Below, piece by piece: positions 45,620 through 57,344 of a DNA stretch of 64,000 nucleotides (the stretch's first letter is position 1; every line of letters starts with the position of its first letter). Source of the stretch: Gemmatimonadota bacterium. GTDB taxonomy: Bacteria > Gemmatimonadota > Gemmatimonadetes > Palauibacterales > Palauibacteraceae. The DNA is taken from the NCBI GenBank assembly GCA_032251515.1, contig JAVVDU010000003.1:36330-100329 (forward strand). Direction: 5' to 3'. A model generated the notes under the pieces. That model was given only the letters and a program-made list of their open reading frames with translations, was not told the origin of the DNA and made no database searches. The position numbers and the translations under genes were made by a program.

Positions 45620-46279
45620 TCACGACTCCGCTTCCGGGCCCGTGCCGGAGGCGGACGCTGCGACCTCCGGCCCGCTGGCCTTCTCGCCGCGTCCGGGGAC
45701 CGGCTCGATGATCCGGTCGATGATGCCGTAGTCCTTCGCTTCGTCGGGCGACATGTAGCGGTCGCGGTCCACGTCCTCGGCGATCCGCTCGACCGGCTGG
45801 CCCGTGTGCATGGCGAACAGCTCGTTCAGCCGCTGCCTCGCGTGCAGCACTTCGCGTGCCTGGATCTCGATGTCCGCGGCCGTGCCCTGCGAGCCGCCGG
45901 ATGGCTGGTGGATCATGATGCGGGAATTCGGCAGGGCGGAACGCTTTCCGGGCGCGCCCGCCGCGAGGATGAACGCCCCCATGGACGCGGCCATCCCCAT
46001 GCAGATCGTGGCCACCGGCGCCGACAGGTACTGGATCGTGTCGTAGATCGCGAGCCCCGCGTACACGCTGCCGCCCGGGCTGTTGATGTAGACGTTGATG
46101 TCGCGCTCGGGGTTGTCGGCCTGCAGGAACAGCAACTGGGCGATGACCACGTTGGCGACGTCGTCGTTGATCGGCGTCCCGAGGAAGACGATCCGGTCCA
46201 TCAGAAGCCGCGAGAAGATGTCGTAGCTGCGCTCGCCGCGGCTGGACCGCTCGATCACGTAGGGCGCGTAGATCGTCAT
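45620..46279 (-). CDS. clpP: ATP-dependent Clp protease proteolytic subunit ClpP
   Basis: [24 protein letters not shown], catalytic Ser context [19 protein letters not shown]. Ends in a short Gly/Ser/Ala-rich C-terminal tail. Confidence 0.95.
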   Translation of the reverse strand: MTIYAPYVIERSSRGERSYDIFSRLLMDRIVFLGTPINDDVANVVIAQLLFLQADNPERDINVYINSPGGSVYAGLAIYDTIQYLSAPVATICMGMAASMGAFILAAGAPGKRSALPNSRIMIHQPSGGSQGTAADIEIQAREVLHARQRLNELFAMHTGQPVERIAEDVDRDRYMSPDEAKDYGIIDRIIEPVPGRGEKASGPEVAASASGTGPEAES

Positions 46280-46356
46280 GGCATCCGTTCTCCGGGGGGT
46301 TCGACCCGTTTCCCCGGTGTCTGGTACCCGGGAGGCAGGGCGGGTTCCGGCGGGCT

Positions 46357-47637
46357 TCAGGCGAGCCCGGACCGGCTCTTCAAGTATTCGAAGGCCTTGT
46401 CGACGGCAAGGTTCCGCCGCAACGTGCCGAGCCGCGACTCCTTTTCGAGCTGCCGCCGCAGCGCCGCCGGGGCGATGCCGCGCCGTCCGGCCATCTCCGC
46501 GATGTGCGCGTCCAGCTCCTCGTCGCCCGGCTCGAGCGACTCCCGCTCGATGATCCGGTCGAGGACGAACTCCTCCCGGATCCGCTTCTCGGCGTGCGGA
46601 CGCAGCGACTCCCTGGCCTCCTTCAGCTCCTCCGAGCCGGCCCCCTCCGGATCGCCGAGCATGCCGTCCACCGTGCGGTCCACCAGGGTGGCCGGTACGC
46701 TGAACGGGTTCGCGTCGACGAGCGCCTCCAGCAGAGCTCCGCGAACGCGCTCCTCCGCCTCCTTCTCGTGGTGCCGCGCCAGGTCCTCCCGCACGGCGGT
46801 CTCCAGCTCGGCCACCGTGGGCCTGTCTCCGCCCGTCGCGCGGGACGCCAGCTCGTCGGTGAGCTCCGCCAGCGATTGCTCTTCCACCTCGTCCAGGGCG
46901 ACGTGCAGGCGCCGCTGCGTGGCCTCGCCGCCGTCCTCGTCCGGAAACTCCACGTTGAACGAGCCCGACTCGCCGGGGAGCAGGGAGGCGATGGCCTGCT
47001 CGACGCCCGGCAGGGCCTGTCCGCTGCCGAGAACGAACCGGTACGGGCGGGCCTCCGCGGAGGGTGTCTCCTCCCCCTCGGCGAGCGGCGCGACGCGCAC
47101 GGCCACCCGGTCTCCCTCGCCGGGCCGGCGCTCGACGGGCGTCCAGTCGGCGAAGTCGGCCCGGATGCGCTCCAGGATCCCGGCCACTTCCTCGTCCGTG
47201 ACCGGCGCGACGGTCCGCTCGATGCGGAACCCGCCGTCGCGGGCGATCTCGACGGATGGCATGATCTCCAGCTCCGCCTGGAAGGTCAGGCGATCGCCGG
47301 GCGCGTACTGGACGTTCGTGATGCTGGCGGCGCCGGCGGGCTTGAGCTCGCGCAGGTCGACGGCCTCGCGGTACGCGGACTCGATGAGCCGTTCGCGCAC
47401 CATGGCGTCGATCTCGCGCCCGAACCGCTGTTCCACGACGCCCGGCGGGACCTTCCCCTTCCGGAATCCCTTGAGCCGGATCGACCGGGCCAGGCGGTCG
47501 CGCTCCCGCGAGCGGGCCTTCGCGACGCTCTCCGGCGGCACGGTGATCGTGAGCTTGCGGGACCAGCCGTCTCCCACCTCGACGGCGACGTCGATGCCGC
47601 CGCTGCTGCCGTGTTCTTCCGAAGTGCCTTCGTCCAT
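46357..47637 (-). CDS. tig: Trigger factor
   Basis: ATG at 47637 inside ORF 46357..47766. Ribosome-binding signature GFRKGKVP, an FKBP-like middle domain, and the position upstream of clpP-clpX. Confidence 0.9.
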   Translation of the reverse strand: MDEGTSEEHGSSGGIDVAVEVGDGWSRKLTITVPPESVAKARSRERDRLARSIRLKGFRKGKVPPGVVEQRFGREIDAMVRERLIESAYREAVDLRELKPAGAASITNVQYAPGDRLTFQAELEIMPSVEIARDGGFRIERTVAPVTDEEVAGILERIRADFADWTPVERRPGEGDRVAVRVAPLAEGEETPSAEARPYRFVLGSGQALPGVEQAIASLLPGESGSFNVEFPDEDGGEATQRRLHVALDEVEEQSLAELTDELASRATGGDRPTVAELETAVREDLARHHEKEAEERVRGALLEALVDANPFSVPATLVDRTVDGMLGDPEGAGSEELKEARESLRPHAEKRIREEFVLDRIIERESLEPGDEELDAHIAEMAGRRGIAPAALRRQLEKESRLGTLRRNLAVDKAFEYLKSRSGLA

Positions 47638-47725
47638 CAACTCTGTCTCAACCTCGTCGTGTCGAACCCGTGTCCGTGCCGGGCGCGTGACGCCCCGGCG
47701 ACCTGCGGCAGGTTCCCGGGAAGCA

Positions 47726-47809
47726 TGCGAAAGGGGGGACTCGAACCCCCACGGCCTTGCGGCCACCAGCTCCTAAGGCTGGCGCGTCTACCGGTTCCGC
47801 CACTTTCGC
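47726..47809 (-). tRNA. tRNA-Leu (anticodon TAG)
   Basis: Folded by hand: acceptor GCGAAAG/CTTTCGC plus discriminator A; anticodon stem CCAGC/GCTGG with loop CTTAGGA; long variable arm TGGCCGCAAGGCCGT; T-arm GGGGG-TTCGAGT-CCCCC. 84 nt, CCA not encoded. Confidence 0.85.
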
Positions 47810-47887
47810 GCGGCCCGCCGAAGGCGCCGGAAAACCTAACCCCGGCCCCCCCGGCGAGCCACCACGTCCGTGGCGGGCCGGCCGCCG

Positions 47888-49441
<1,554 letters not shown>

Positions 49442-49585
49442 GCCTTCCTCTCTCGTCTCTCGTCTCGTCCCGGTGGGTGTGCGGAATGATATGCCTGCCC
49501 GCGGGTCGGGGTTCCTCCCACGGGTCACGGCCGGCGAAGCGAAGAGCGGCCGGCCCCTCGCGGAGCGCCGCCGCTCTTCCGGGCA

Positions 49586-49608
49586 CCGCCGGGCTCTCTG
49601 CCCGGCGG
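49586..49608 (-). terminator. GC hairpin 15 nt downstream of the dnaK stop (9-bp perfect stem, 5-nt loop)
   Basis: CCGCCGGGC-tctct-GCCCGGCGG on the plus strand (symmetric). A second long imperfect hairpin lies at about 49541-49579, between it and degP. Confidence 0.45.
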
Positions 49609-49622
49609 GCCTGCGGCCGGGT

Positions 49623-51563
49623 TCAGCCCTTGTCGGCTTCGTCCACGATCTCGTAGTCCGCCTCCACGACCTCTTCTTCCGGAGCACCGGTCTCCTCGGT
49701 CGCGGCTGGCTCGGCCGGCTCCTCGCCGGCCCCGGCCTGCGCTTCGCCCATCCCGGCCTGCGCGTAGATCTGCTGCGCGGCGGACTGCACCGCCGCCTGG
49801 ATCGCCTCGAAGGCGGCCTGCGTCTCGCCGGGATCGTCCTGCTTCAGGGCCTGGCGTCCGCGCTCCAGGGCCGATTCGATCGAGGTACGCGCCTCGTCGT
49901 CCAGGGAGTCCTTCCAGTCTTCCCGGACGTTCTTCTCGGTCTGGTAGATCAGCGAGTCCAGCCGGTTGCGGGCTTCGGCCTTCTCGCGCCGCGCCTTGTC
50001 CTCGGACGCGTGCGACTCGGCCTCGCCTACCATGCGCTGGATCTCATCGTCGGAGAGCCCGGACGAGGCCTCGATGCGGATCTTCTGCTCCTTGCCCGTG
50101 GCCCGGTCCTTCGCGCTCACGTGCAGGATCCCGTTGGCATCGATGTCGAAGGTGACCTCGATCTGGGGCACGCCGCGCGGCGCGGGCGGGATCCCCGTCA
50201 GCTGGAAGCGCCCGATCGTCTTGTTGTCGTGCGCCATCGGCCGCTCGCCCTGCAGGACGTGGATGTCCACGGTCGGCTGCATGTCCTCCGCGGTGGAGAA
50301 CGTCTCGCTCTTCTTGGTCGGGATCGTGGTGTTACGCGGAATCAGCGTGGTCATCACGCCGCCCAGCGTCTCGATCCCGAGCGACAGGGGCGTGACGTCG
50401 AGCAGCAGCACGTCCTTGACGTCGCCCGCCAGCACGCCGCCCTGGATCGCGGCGCCGATGCCCACGACCTCGTCCGGGTTCACGCCCTTGTGAGGCTCCT
50501 TGCCGAAGAACTCCCGCACCACCTCCTGGATCTTGGGGATCCGCGTGGACCCGCCGACCAGGATCACCTCGTCTACGTCGCCCGGCTGCATCCCGGCATC
50601 CGCCAGCGCCTTGCGCATCGGCTCGATGGTCCGCTTCACCAGGTCGTCCACGAGCTGCTCGAACTTCGAGCGGGTGAGCGTGAGGTGGAGGTGCTTGGGC
50701 CCGCTCTGGTCCGCCGTGATGAAGGGCAGGTTGATGTCGGTCTGCGTGACCGTCGAGAGCTCGCACTTCGCCTTCTCGGAGGCCTCCTTCAGGCGCTGGA
50801 GCGCCATCGGGTCCCGGGAGAGGTCGATCCCCTGGTCCTTGCGGAACTCCTCCACGAGCCAATCGATGACCCGCTGGTCGAAGTCGTCCCCGCCCAGGTG
50901 CGTGTCGCCGTTCGTCGCCTTCACCTCGAACACGCCGTCGCCGAGCTCGAGGATCGAGATGTCGTAGGTGCCGCCGCCCAGGTCGAACACCGCGATCTTC
51001 TCGTCCGACTTCTTGTCGAGGCCGTAGGCGAGCGCCGCGGCGGTGGGCTCGTTGATGATCCGCAGGACCTCGAGGCCGGCGATCCGACCGGCATCCTTGG
51101 TGGCCTGCCGCTGCGCGTCGTTGAAGTAGGCGGGAACCGTGACTACGGCCCGGGTGACCCCCTGGCCGAGGTAGTCCTCCGCGGTCTGCTTCATCTTCTG
51201 CAGGACCATCGCCGACAGCTCGGGCGGCGTGAAGGTCTTGTCCCCGGCATGCGGGACCTTGACCTGGACCCGGTCCTGCGCGTCGCACTCGATGCCGTAC
51301 GGGACGAGCTTCCGCTCGCTCTCGACCTCCGAGCACTTCCGTCCCATGAACCGCTTGATCGAGAAGATCGTGTTCGCGGGGTTCGTCACGGCCTGGCGCT
51401 TCGCCACCTGGCCCACCAGGCGCTCCGAGTCCTTCGTGTAGGCCACTACGGAGGGCGTGGTGCGCGTGCCCTCGGAGTTCGGGATCACGACGGGATCCCC
51501 TCCTTCCATCACGGCGACCACGGAATTGGTGGTCCCGAGGTCGATCCCGATCACCTTGCTCAT
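49623..51563 (-). CDS. dnaK: Molecular chaperone DnaK (Hsp70)
   Basis: ATG at 51563 inside ORF 49623..52151. [45 protein letters not shown], and an acidic C-terminal tail. Confidence 0.95.
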   Translation of the reverse strand: MSKVIGIDLGTTNSVVAVMEGGDPVVIPNSEGTRTTPSVVAYTKDSERLVGQVAKRQAVTNPANTIFSIKRFMGRKCSEVESERKLVPYGIECDAQDRVQVKVPHAGDKTFTPPELSAMVLQKMKQTAEDYLGQGVTRAVVTVPAYFNDAQRQATKDAGRIAGLEVLRIINEPTAAALAYGLDKKSDEKIAVFDLGGGTYDISILELGDGVFEVKATNGDTHLGGDDFDQRVIDWLVEEFRKDQGIDLSRDPMALQRLKEASEKAKCELSTVTQTDINLPFITADQSGPKHLHLTLTRSKFEQLVDDLVKRTIEPMRKALADAGMQPGDVDEVILVGGSTRIPKIQEVVREFFGKEPHKGVNPDEVVGIGAAIQGGVLAGDVKDVLLLDVTPLSLGIETLGGVMTTLIPRNTTIPTKKSETFSTAEDMQPTVDIHVLQGERPMAHDNKTIGRFQLTGIPPAPRGVPQIEVTFDIDANGILHVSAKDRATGKEQKIRIEASSGLSDDEIQRMVGEAESHASEDKARREKAEARNRLDSLIYQTEKNVREDWKDSLDDEARTSIESALERGRQALKQDDPGETQAAFEAIQAAVQSAAQQIYAQAGMGEAQAGAGEEPAEPAATEETGAPEEEVVEADYEIVDEADKG

Positions 51564-51816
51564 GCTGCCGTCTCCCGTTGGTGTTCCGCCCCGCGCTCCG
51601 TTCCCGGCCACCCGGACCGACCCGGGCGCGGCGCGGACGTGTGCGTTCGGTCGCCGCCATCCGGGTGCAAGCGACGTGCCGGGCCCGGGCGCCCCGATCG
51701 GCGCGATTTCCCGCAGTTCTGGCACCTCGAGGGCCGGTGGGCTGTCGGAACGGCAGGTCACCGTCGCCGCGGGCTTCGTATTGCGCACCCCGGTGGGCCC
51801 GTCTACCCTTCGGGGC

Positions 51817-52566
51817 ATGTTTCCGCTCCGGGACGAGAACCCGACCGAGCTTCTTCCCTTCGTCACGGCGCTTCTGATAGGCACGAACGTGCTGGTGTGG
51901 CTCGGCGTGCAGGGGGCCGGGGCCGGGGAGCTCTTCCTGCGCTCGCTGTGCGAGTACGGCGCGATCCCGGGCGAGATCACCGGGGCGATCGCGACCGGGA
52001 GCCGGGTGCCGCTCGGGCCGGCGCGCTGCACGACGGGCGGGGGCGGCGAACTGACCGTCCTGACCTCGATGTTCCTGCACGGGGGGTGGATGCACCTGAT
52101 CGGAAACATGTGGTTCCTGTGGGTCTTCGGGAACAACATCGAAGATTCCATGGGCCACGCCCGGTTCCTGGTCTTCTACCTCCTGTGTGGCGGGCTCGCC
52201 GCCGCCGCGCACATCCTGACCGACCCCGCCAGCGGCGTCCCCGTCGTCGGGGCCTCGGGAGCGATCAGCGGGATCATGGGGGCGTACCTGGTCCTCTACC
52301 CGCGCGTGCGGGTGCACACGCTCGTGATCCTCTTACTGTTCGTGCGCGTCATCCCCCTGCCGGCCGTGGCGCTGCTCGGCCTGTGGTTCCTGCTGCAGGT
52401 GCTGTCGGGAACCGCGGCGACGGCGGGAGCCGGGGGCGGCGTCGCCTTCTGGGCCCACGTGGGCGGCTTCATCGCGGGAGTCCTGCTCGTGAAACTGTTC
52501 GAGAACCGCCGGCTCGTGTCGGCGAAGCGCGCCGGGCGCCGCCCGGCCGGAGGACCCTCGTGGTGA
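51817..52566 (+). CDS. Rhomboid-family intramembrane serine protease
   Basis: ATG at 51817 inside ORF 51457..52566. [21 protein letters not shown], catalytic Ser context [13 protein letters not shown] and His context AHVGGFIAG. Confidence 0.85.
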   Translation: MFPLRDENPTELLPFVTALLIGTNVLVWLGVQGAGAGELFLRSLCEYGAIPGEITGAIATGSRVPLGPARCTTGGGGELTVLTSMFLHGGWMHLIGNMWFLWVFGNNIEDSMGHARFLVFYLLCGGLAAAAHILTDPASGVPVVGASGAISGIMGAYLVLYPRVRVHTLVILLLFVRVIPLPAVALLGLWFLLQVLSGTAATAGAGGGVAFWAHVGGFIAGVLLVKLFENRRLVSAKRAGRRPAGGPSW

Positions 52567-54068
52567 GGCGCCGCGTGCGCCGGCTCGCGGCGGTCCTCCT
52601 TCCCGCGGCGGCGGCCGCCTCGCTGCTCGTGGCCGCTTCCGCGGCCGGACTCCGCGCGGCGCCGCCGGCCGAGGGAGTCGGGGGGGGGGCGGTCGTCGCC
52701 ACCTCGCCGGTGGGGACGTCGGCGGCCGCGCATCCCGCCGAGCAGGAGCGGCCGCGTTCGTCGATCGTCGACGTGGAGGCGATCGACGAGCCCTTCGTCC
52801 TCCGCCTCACCCGCGGCATCCTGGCGATCGCCGTGTTCCTGGGAGTCCTGTGGACGTTCTCGACCCGCCGCTCCGCCGTGCGCTGGTCGCTCGTCGGCAA
52901 GGCGCTCGGGCTGCAGGTGGTATTCGCGCTGCTGGTTCTGAAGACGGAGTGGGGGCGGGGGTTCTTCCGGGTCGTGAACGATGTGTTCGTGGCCCTGATC
53001 TCGTACACGAACGCCGGCGCGGCCTTCGTGTTCGGAAACCTCGTCCGGCCCGTGGTGCCGGTGGAGGGCGGGGAGGGGACGGTGCCCCTGCTCGCCAACT
53101 TCGCGTTCAGCGTCCTGCCGACGATCATCTTCTTCTCGGCGCTGATGACGATCCTCTACTACGCGGGGCTCATGCAGCGCGTGGTGCGCGGCGTGGCGTG
53201 GGCGATGCAGCGGACGCTCGGCACGAGCGGCGCGGAGACGACGTCGGCGGCGGGGAACATCTTCGTGGGACAGACCGAGGCGCCGCTGCTCGTGAAGCCG
53301 TTCGTCGAGCGGATGACGATGTCGGAGCTGAACACCGTGATGACCGGCGGGTTCGCCACCGTCGCCGGCGGCGTGATGGCGGCCTACGTGGCGATGCTGG
53401 CCGGCGCGTTTCCGTCCATCGCGGGCCACCTGCTGGCGGCCAGCATCATGGCGGCGCCGGCGGGGATCCTGGTGAGCAAGATGCTGGTTCCCGAGACGGA
53501 GGCGCCGGAGACGGGCGGGGCCCTGTCGGTGGACGTCGAGATGGACCACGCCAACGTGATCGACGCGGCGGCCGGCGGGGCGGCCGACGGGATGCGGCTG
53601 GCGCTGAACGTGGGCGCCATGCTCATCGCCTTCCTGGCGCTCATCGCCCTGATCAACGGCCTGCTCGCCTGGACGCTGGGGCTGGCCGGGATCGAGGGGA
53701 TCACTCTCGAGACCCTGCTCGGCTGGGCGTTCGCCCCGGTCGCGTGGCTCATCGGGGCGCCCTGGCAGGACGCCGCCGCACTGGGAAGCCTGTTCGGGGT
53801 GAAGATGGTGGCGAACGAGTTCGTCGCCTTTCAGATGCTGTCCGACGGACTCGCCTCGGGCAGCGCGCTGTCTCCGAAGTCGGTGATCCTGGCGACGTAT
53901 GCCCTCACCGGCTTCGCGAACTTCTCGTCGATCGCGATCCAGATCGGCGGGATCGGGGGCATCGCCCCGTCCCGCCGGCAGGACCTGTCACGGCTCGGCC
54001 TCCGGGCGATGCTGGGAGGGACCGTGGCCACGTGGATGACGGCGACGCTCGCGGGGGTGCTGGCATGA
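52563..54068 (+). CDS. NupC/concentrative nucleoside transporter (CNT) family permease
   Basis: The GTG at 52563 overlaps the rhomboid stop (GTGA). NIFVGQTEAPLLVKPF, MSELNTVMTGGFATVAGGVMAAY, and ATYALTGFANFSSIAIQIGGIG at the C-terminus. The N-terminal ~70 aa are low-complexity or signal-like. Confidence 0.85.
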   Translation: MRRRVRRLAAVLLPAAAAASLLVAASAAGLRAAPPAEGVGGGAVVATSPVGTSAAAHPAEQERPRSSIVDVEAIDEPFVLRLTRGILAIAVFLGVLWTFSTRRSAVRWSLVGKALGLQVVFALLVLKTEWGRGFFRVVNDVFVALISYTNAGAAFVFGNLVRPVVPVEGGEGTVPLLANFAFSVLPTIIFFSALMTILYYAGLMQRVVRGVAWAMQRTLGTSGAETTSAAGNIFVGQTEAPLLVKPFVERMTMSELNTVMTGGFATVAGGVMAAYVAMLAGAFPSIAGHLLAASIMAAPAGILVSKMLVPETEAPETGGALSVDVEMDHANVIDAAAGGAADGMRLALNVGAMLIAFLALIALINGLLAWTLGLAGIEGITLETLLGWAFAPVAWLIGAPWQDAAALGSLFGVKMVANEFVAFQMLSDGLASGSALSPKSVILATYALTGFANFSSIAIQIGGIGGIAPSRRQDLSRLGLRAMLGGTVATWMTATLAGVLA

Positions 54069-54084
54069 ACGCGGGAGTTTCGGC

Positions 54085-54954
54085 ATGAGCACGGCAGAGA
54101 ACCGTCCCGACCTGCGGGCCCTGGCGGCCCAGGCGGCCGCCACGCTGAGCCGCCGGGCGCCGGGCTTCCGGCCCCGGATCGGGATCGTGCTGGGATCCGG
54201 GCTGGGCGGGCTGGCGGAACGGTTCACGGACGCGGTCACCGTCCCGTACGCGCTCGTCCCCGGCTTCGCCGCGACGAGCGTGCAGGGGCACGCGGGCCAG
54301 GTGGTGCTCGGGACCCTCGACGGCGTGCCCGCGGTCGCCCTGCGCGGCCGCGCCCACATGTACGAGGGGCACCCGGCCTGGGCCTCGGCGTTCCCGGTGC
54401 GGGCCCTCCACGCGCTGGGCATCCGCGCCCTGTTCCTGTCCAACGCGGCGGGGACGGTGAACCCGTCCTACGCGCCCGGCGAGCTGATGGCGATCCGGGA
54501 CCACCTGAACCTCACGGGGCGGAATCCCCTGGTCGGGCCGGTGGTGCCGGGAGACGCCCGGTTCCCGGACATGACCGCCGTGTGGGACCCGGAGCTGCTG
54601 GCCGTGCTGCGGGAGGCGGCGGAAGAGTCGGAGGTGCGCCTCCACGAGGGGGTCTACGCCGGCCTGCTCGGTCCCAGCTTCGAGACGCCGTCCGAGATCC
54701 GGATGCTCGAGCGCCTGGGCGCCGACGCGGTCGGCATGTCCACGGTGGCGGAGGCGATCACCGCGCGCGCCCTCGGCGTTCCCTGCTTCGGGGTCAGCTG
54801 CCTGACGAACTACGGGGCCGGGATCGGCGCGACGCCGCTCGACCACGCCGAAGTGATGGAGGTCACGGAGCGGGTGGCCGACCGCTTCCAGGCTCTCGTG
54901 CTGGCCGCCGTGCGGCGCGCCGACCGGCGGCTCACGGACGGACTCGGTGATTGA
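54085..54954 (+). CDS. Purine nucleoside phosphorylase (PNP/MTAP family)
   Basis: IGIVLGSGLGG, SVQGHAGQVVLG, LRGRAHMYEG, LSNAAGTVN, GPSFETPSEIRML, GADAVGMSTVAEA. Confidence 0.9.
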   Translation: MSTAENRPDLRALAAQAAATLSRRAPGFRPRIGIVLGSGLGGLAERFTDAVTVPYALVPGFAATSVQGHAGQVVLGTLDGVPAVALRGRAHMYEGHPAWASAFPVRALHALGIRALFLSNAAGTVNPSYAPGELMAIRDHLNLTGRNPLVGPVVPGDARFPDMTAVWDPELLAVLREAAEESEVRLHEGVYAGLLGPSFETPSEIRMLERLGADAVGMSTVAEAITARALGVPCFGVSCLTNYGAGIGATPLDHAEVMEVTERVADRFQALVLAAVRRADRRLTDGLGD

Positions 54955-55738
54955 GCGGGGTCGCCCCGCGCCCGAGGCCCGGGGCGGTGGCGAGGGCCCG
55001 GCGCGTGTAGCGGAGCGCCGCATCGACCGCCTCCTCCAGCCCGCGGCCGGCGGCCAGGCCCGCCGTCACGGCGGCCGACAGCGTGCAGCCGGTGCCGTGC
55101 GCCTCGCGGCCGGGCAGGCGCGGCTCGCGCCAGGCCCGCTCGCCTGACCCGGTCACCAGGAGGTCGACCACGTTCTCGCCCGGCAGGTGCCCACCCTTCA
55201 GGAGCACGGCCCGCGCTCCGGCCTCGAGGATGCGCTCGGCGGCCCGCCGCATGGCGTCCTCGTCCGGGATCTCCATGCCGGCCAGGATCTCCGCTTCGTG
55301 CCGGTTCGGCGTGACCAGCACGGCGGCCGGGACCAGCACGTCGCGCAGGGCGCCCACCGCGGAGCGCTCCAGCAGCAGGTCGCCGCTCGTGGCGACCATC
55401 ACGGGGTCCACGACGAGCGCCGGGATGCCCGCCTCCGCCACGGCCCCGGCCACGACCTCGACGATGCGGGCGTCGGCGAGCATGCCCGTCTTGCAGGCGT
55501 CCGGCGCGAGGTCCCGGGCGACGGCGAGGATCTGGTCGCGCACGATGGACGGCGGGATGGCGTGTACGCCGGTCACGCCGAGCGTGTTCTGGACGGTCAC
55601 GGCGGTCACGGCCGTGGTGCCGAACACCCCGAATGCCTCGAACGTCTTGAGATCGGCCTGGATCCCGGCGCCGCCGCCGGAGTCGCTCCCGGCGATGGAC
55701 AGCGCCACGGGTGGCCGGTCCGGTGTCACGTCGGACAT
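54932..55738 (-). CDS. thiD: Hydroxymethylpyrimidine/phosphomethylpyrimidine kinase
   Basis: [57 protein letters not shown]. The 3' end overlaps the convergent PNP gene by 23 nt. Confidence 0.9.
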   Translation of the reverse strand: MSDVTPDRPPVALSIAGSDSGGGAGIQADLKTFEAFGVFGTTAVTAVTVQNTLGVTGVHAIPPSIVRDQILAVARDLAPDACKTGMLADARIVEVVAGAVAEAGIPALVVDPVMVATSGDLLLERSAVGALRDVLVPAAVLVTPNRHEAEILAGMEIPDEDAMRRAAERILEAGARAVLLKGGHLPGENVVDLLVTGSGERAWREPRLPGREAHGTGCTLSAAVTAGLAAGRGLEEAVDAALRYTRRALATAPGLGRGATPLNHRVRP

Positions 55739-55795
55739 GTCCGTGCGTCCTTTCCTGGATGCCGGGACGCGCGCCGCCCCGCCGGGCAGGCAGCC

Positions 55796-56581
55796 GTGCC
55801 GAGCCTGAGCGAGCGCAAGCTGCTGCGTTCCCTGCGGCGGCGCACGCGGCGCCGCGAGCAGGGCCTGTTCCTGGCCGAGGGGGCGCGCGTCGTCGGCGAC
55901 CTCCTCGCGGCGGGCCTCGCCGTCCGCCTGGGCCTGTACACGGAGGCCGCGGCCGGCGATCCCGACGTCGCGCCCCTGCTCGACCGCCTGCGCGAGGTGG
56001 CGGCGGGGACCGAGCGGGTGAGCGAGGCGGACCTGGCCGGCCTGGCCGACACGGTGACGCCCCAGGGCGTGCTCGTCGCGGCGGAGATCCCGCGACGGAG
56101 CTGGGAGGACCTGCGCGGCCGACGCCTGCTCGTGCTGGACGGCGTGCAGGACCCGGGGAACCTCGGGACCCTCGTACGGACCGCAGAAGCGCTGGGCGCG
56201 GACGGCGTGCTCGTCCTGCCGGGCACCACGGACCCCTGGGGCCCCAAGGCGGTGCGGGCGGCGGCGGGATCCTCCTTCCGGCTGCCACTGCTGGAGCCGG
56301 AGACGGACGCGGCGCTGGACGGCCTGCGCCGGCGCGGTGTGCCCCTGTGGGCGGCCGACGCGGACGGCGAGCCGGTGCGGCGGGACGATCCGCCGCCGCG
56401 GGCCGTGGCCCTGGCGCTGGGCAACGAGGGGGCGGGCCTCTCGGCCGCGGTGCGGGCGGCGGCCGACCGGACGGTGGCCATCGCGCAGGCGGGCGGCGCC
56501 GAATCGCTGAACGTGGCGGTCGCGGGTGCCCTGCTCATGGATCGGATCTTCGCGGGAGGCCGGCGTGCCGAAGACGATTGA
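55796..56581 (+). CDS. TrmH/SpoU-family RNA 2'-O-methyltransferase
   Basis: GTG at 55796 inside ORF 55187..56581. [56 protein letters not shown]. Confidence 0.8.
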   Translation: MPSLSERKLLRSLRRRTRRREQGLFLAEGARVVGDLLAAGLAVRLGLYTEAAAGDPDVAPLLDRLREVAAGTERVSEADLAGLADTVTPQGVLVAAEIPRRSWEDLRGRRLLVLDGVQDPGNLGTLVRTAEALGADGVLVLPGTTDPWGPKAVRAAAGSSFRLPLLEPETDAALDGLRRRGVPLWAADADGEPVRRDDPPPRAVALALGNEGAGLSAAVRAAADRTVAIAQAGGAESLNVAVAGALLMDRIFAGGRRAEDD

Positions 56582-57344
56582 GATCCTGTTTCTCGCCTAC
56601 GCCGCCCTGATCGGCGTCTCGGTCGGTTCGTTCCTGAACGTGTGCGTGGCCCGCCTGCCGCGCCGCGAGAGCCTCGTTCGCCCGCGGTCGCGCTGCCCCC
56701 GCTGCGACGCGCCGATCGCCTGGTACGACAACCTTCCCGTGGCGAGCTGGCTCGTGCTGCGTGGACGCTGCCGCCACTGCCGCGAGCCGATCTCGTGGCG
56801 CTATCCCGCGCTCGAGCTCGCCGGCGGGGCGATCTGGGTCGCGGCGGCGCTGGCCTGGGGCGCCACGTGGCACGCGCTGCAGGGCGGGGTGCTGTTCAGC
56901 CTCCTGCTGGCGATCGCCCTGATCGACGCGAGGCACTACCTGATCCCCGATGCCCTGAGCCTCGGCGGGCTCGGAGCGGGGCTCGCCCTGTCGCTCCTGC
57001 CGGGCGCGCCATCGCCCGGTGCGGCCGCACTCGGCGCGGCGCTCGGGTTCGGCGTGCTGTTCGTCGTCGGGGCCCTCGGGGAATGGGCGTTCCGCAAGCC
57101 GGCGATGGGCGGCGGGGACATGAAGATGATGGCATTCGTCGGGGCCTTTCTCGGGCCGGCGGGGGCGATGCTGACGATCTTCCTCGGGGCGCTGGCGGGC
57201 ACCGCGATCTTCGGGCCGGTGAGCCTGAAGACGAAGAAGGACGTGCCGTTCGGCGTCTTCCTGGCGCTCGGCGCGGCCATCACGTTCGTGTTCGGGGACG
57301 CGATCGTGGAGGGCTACCGGTCGCTGTTCCTGCCCCCGGCCTGA
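56565..57344 (+). CDS. pilD: Prepilin peptidase / N-methyltransferase PilD (peptidase A24)
   Basis: GTG at 56565 (GGGAGG upstream). GSFLNVCVARLP, Cys motifs CPRC...CRHC, and Asp-containing motifs (LALIDARHYLIPD, GGGDMKMMAFVGAFLG). Confidence 0.85.
   Translation: MPKTIEILFLAYAALIGVSVGSFLNVCVARLPRRESLVRPRSRCPRCDAPIAWYDNLPVASWLVLRGRCRHCREPISWRYPALELAGGAIWVAAALAWGATWHALQGGVLFSLLLAIALIDARHYLIPDALSLGGLGAGLALSLLPGAPSPGAAALGAALGFGVLFVVGALGEWAFRKPAMGGGDMKMMAFVGAFLGPAGAMLTIFLGALAGTAIFGPVSLKTKKDVPFGVFLALGAAITFVFGDAIVEGYRSLFLPPA

Noticed and set aside
51564-51816. CIRCE (TTAGCACTC-N9-GAGTGCTAA) or sigma-32 heat-shock promoter upstream of dnaK; also a TGGCAC at about 51719.
   Set aside because: I found no CIRCE-like inverted repeat and no CTTGAA/CCCCAT pair on the dnaK strand. 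The TGGCAC has no -12 TTGC partner.
55739-55795. TPP riboswitch upstream of thiD.
   Set aside because: The divergent intergenic region is only 57 nt, too short for a THI-box aptamer, and no CTGAGA/ACCTGA-type core is visible.
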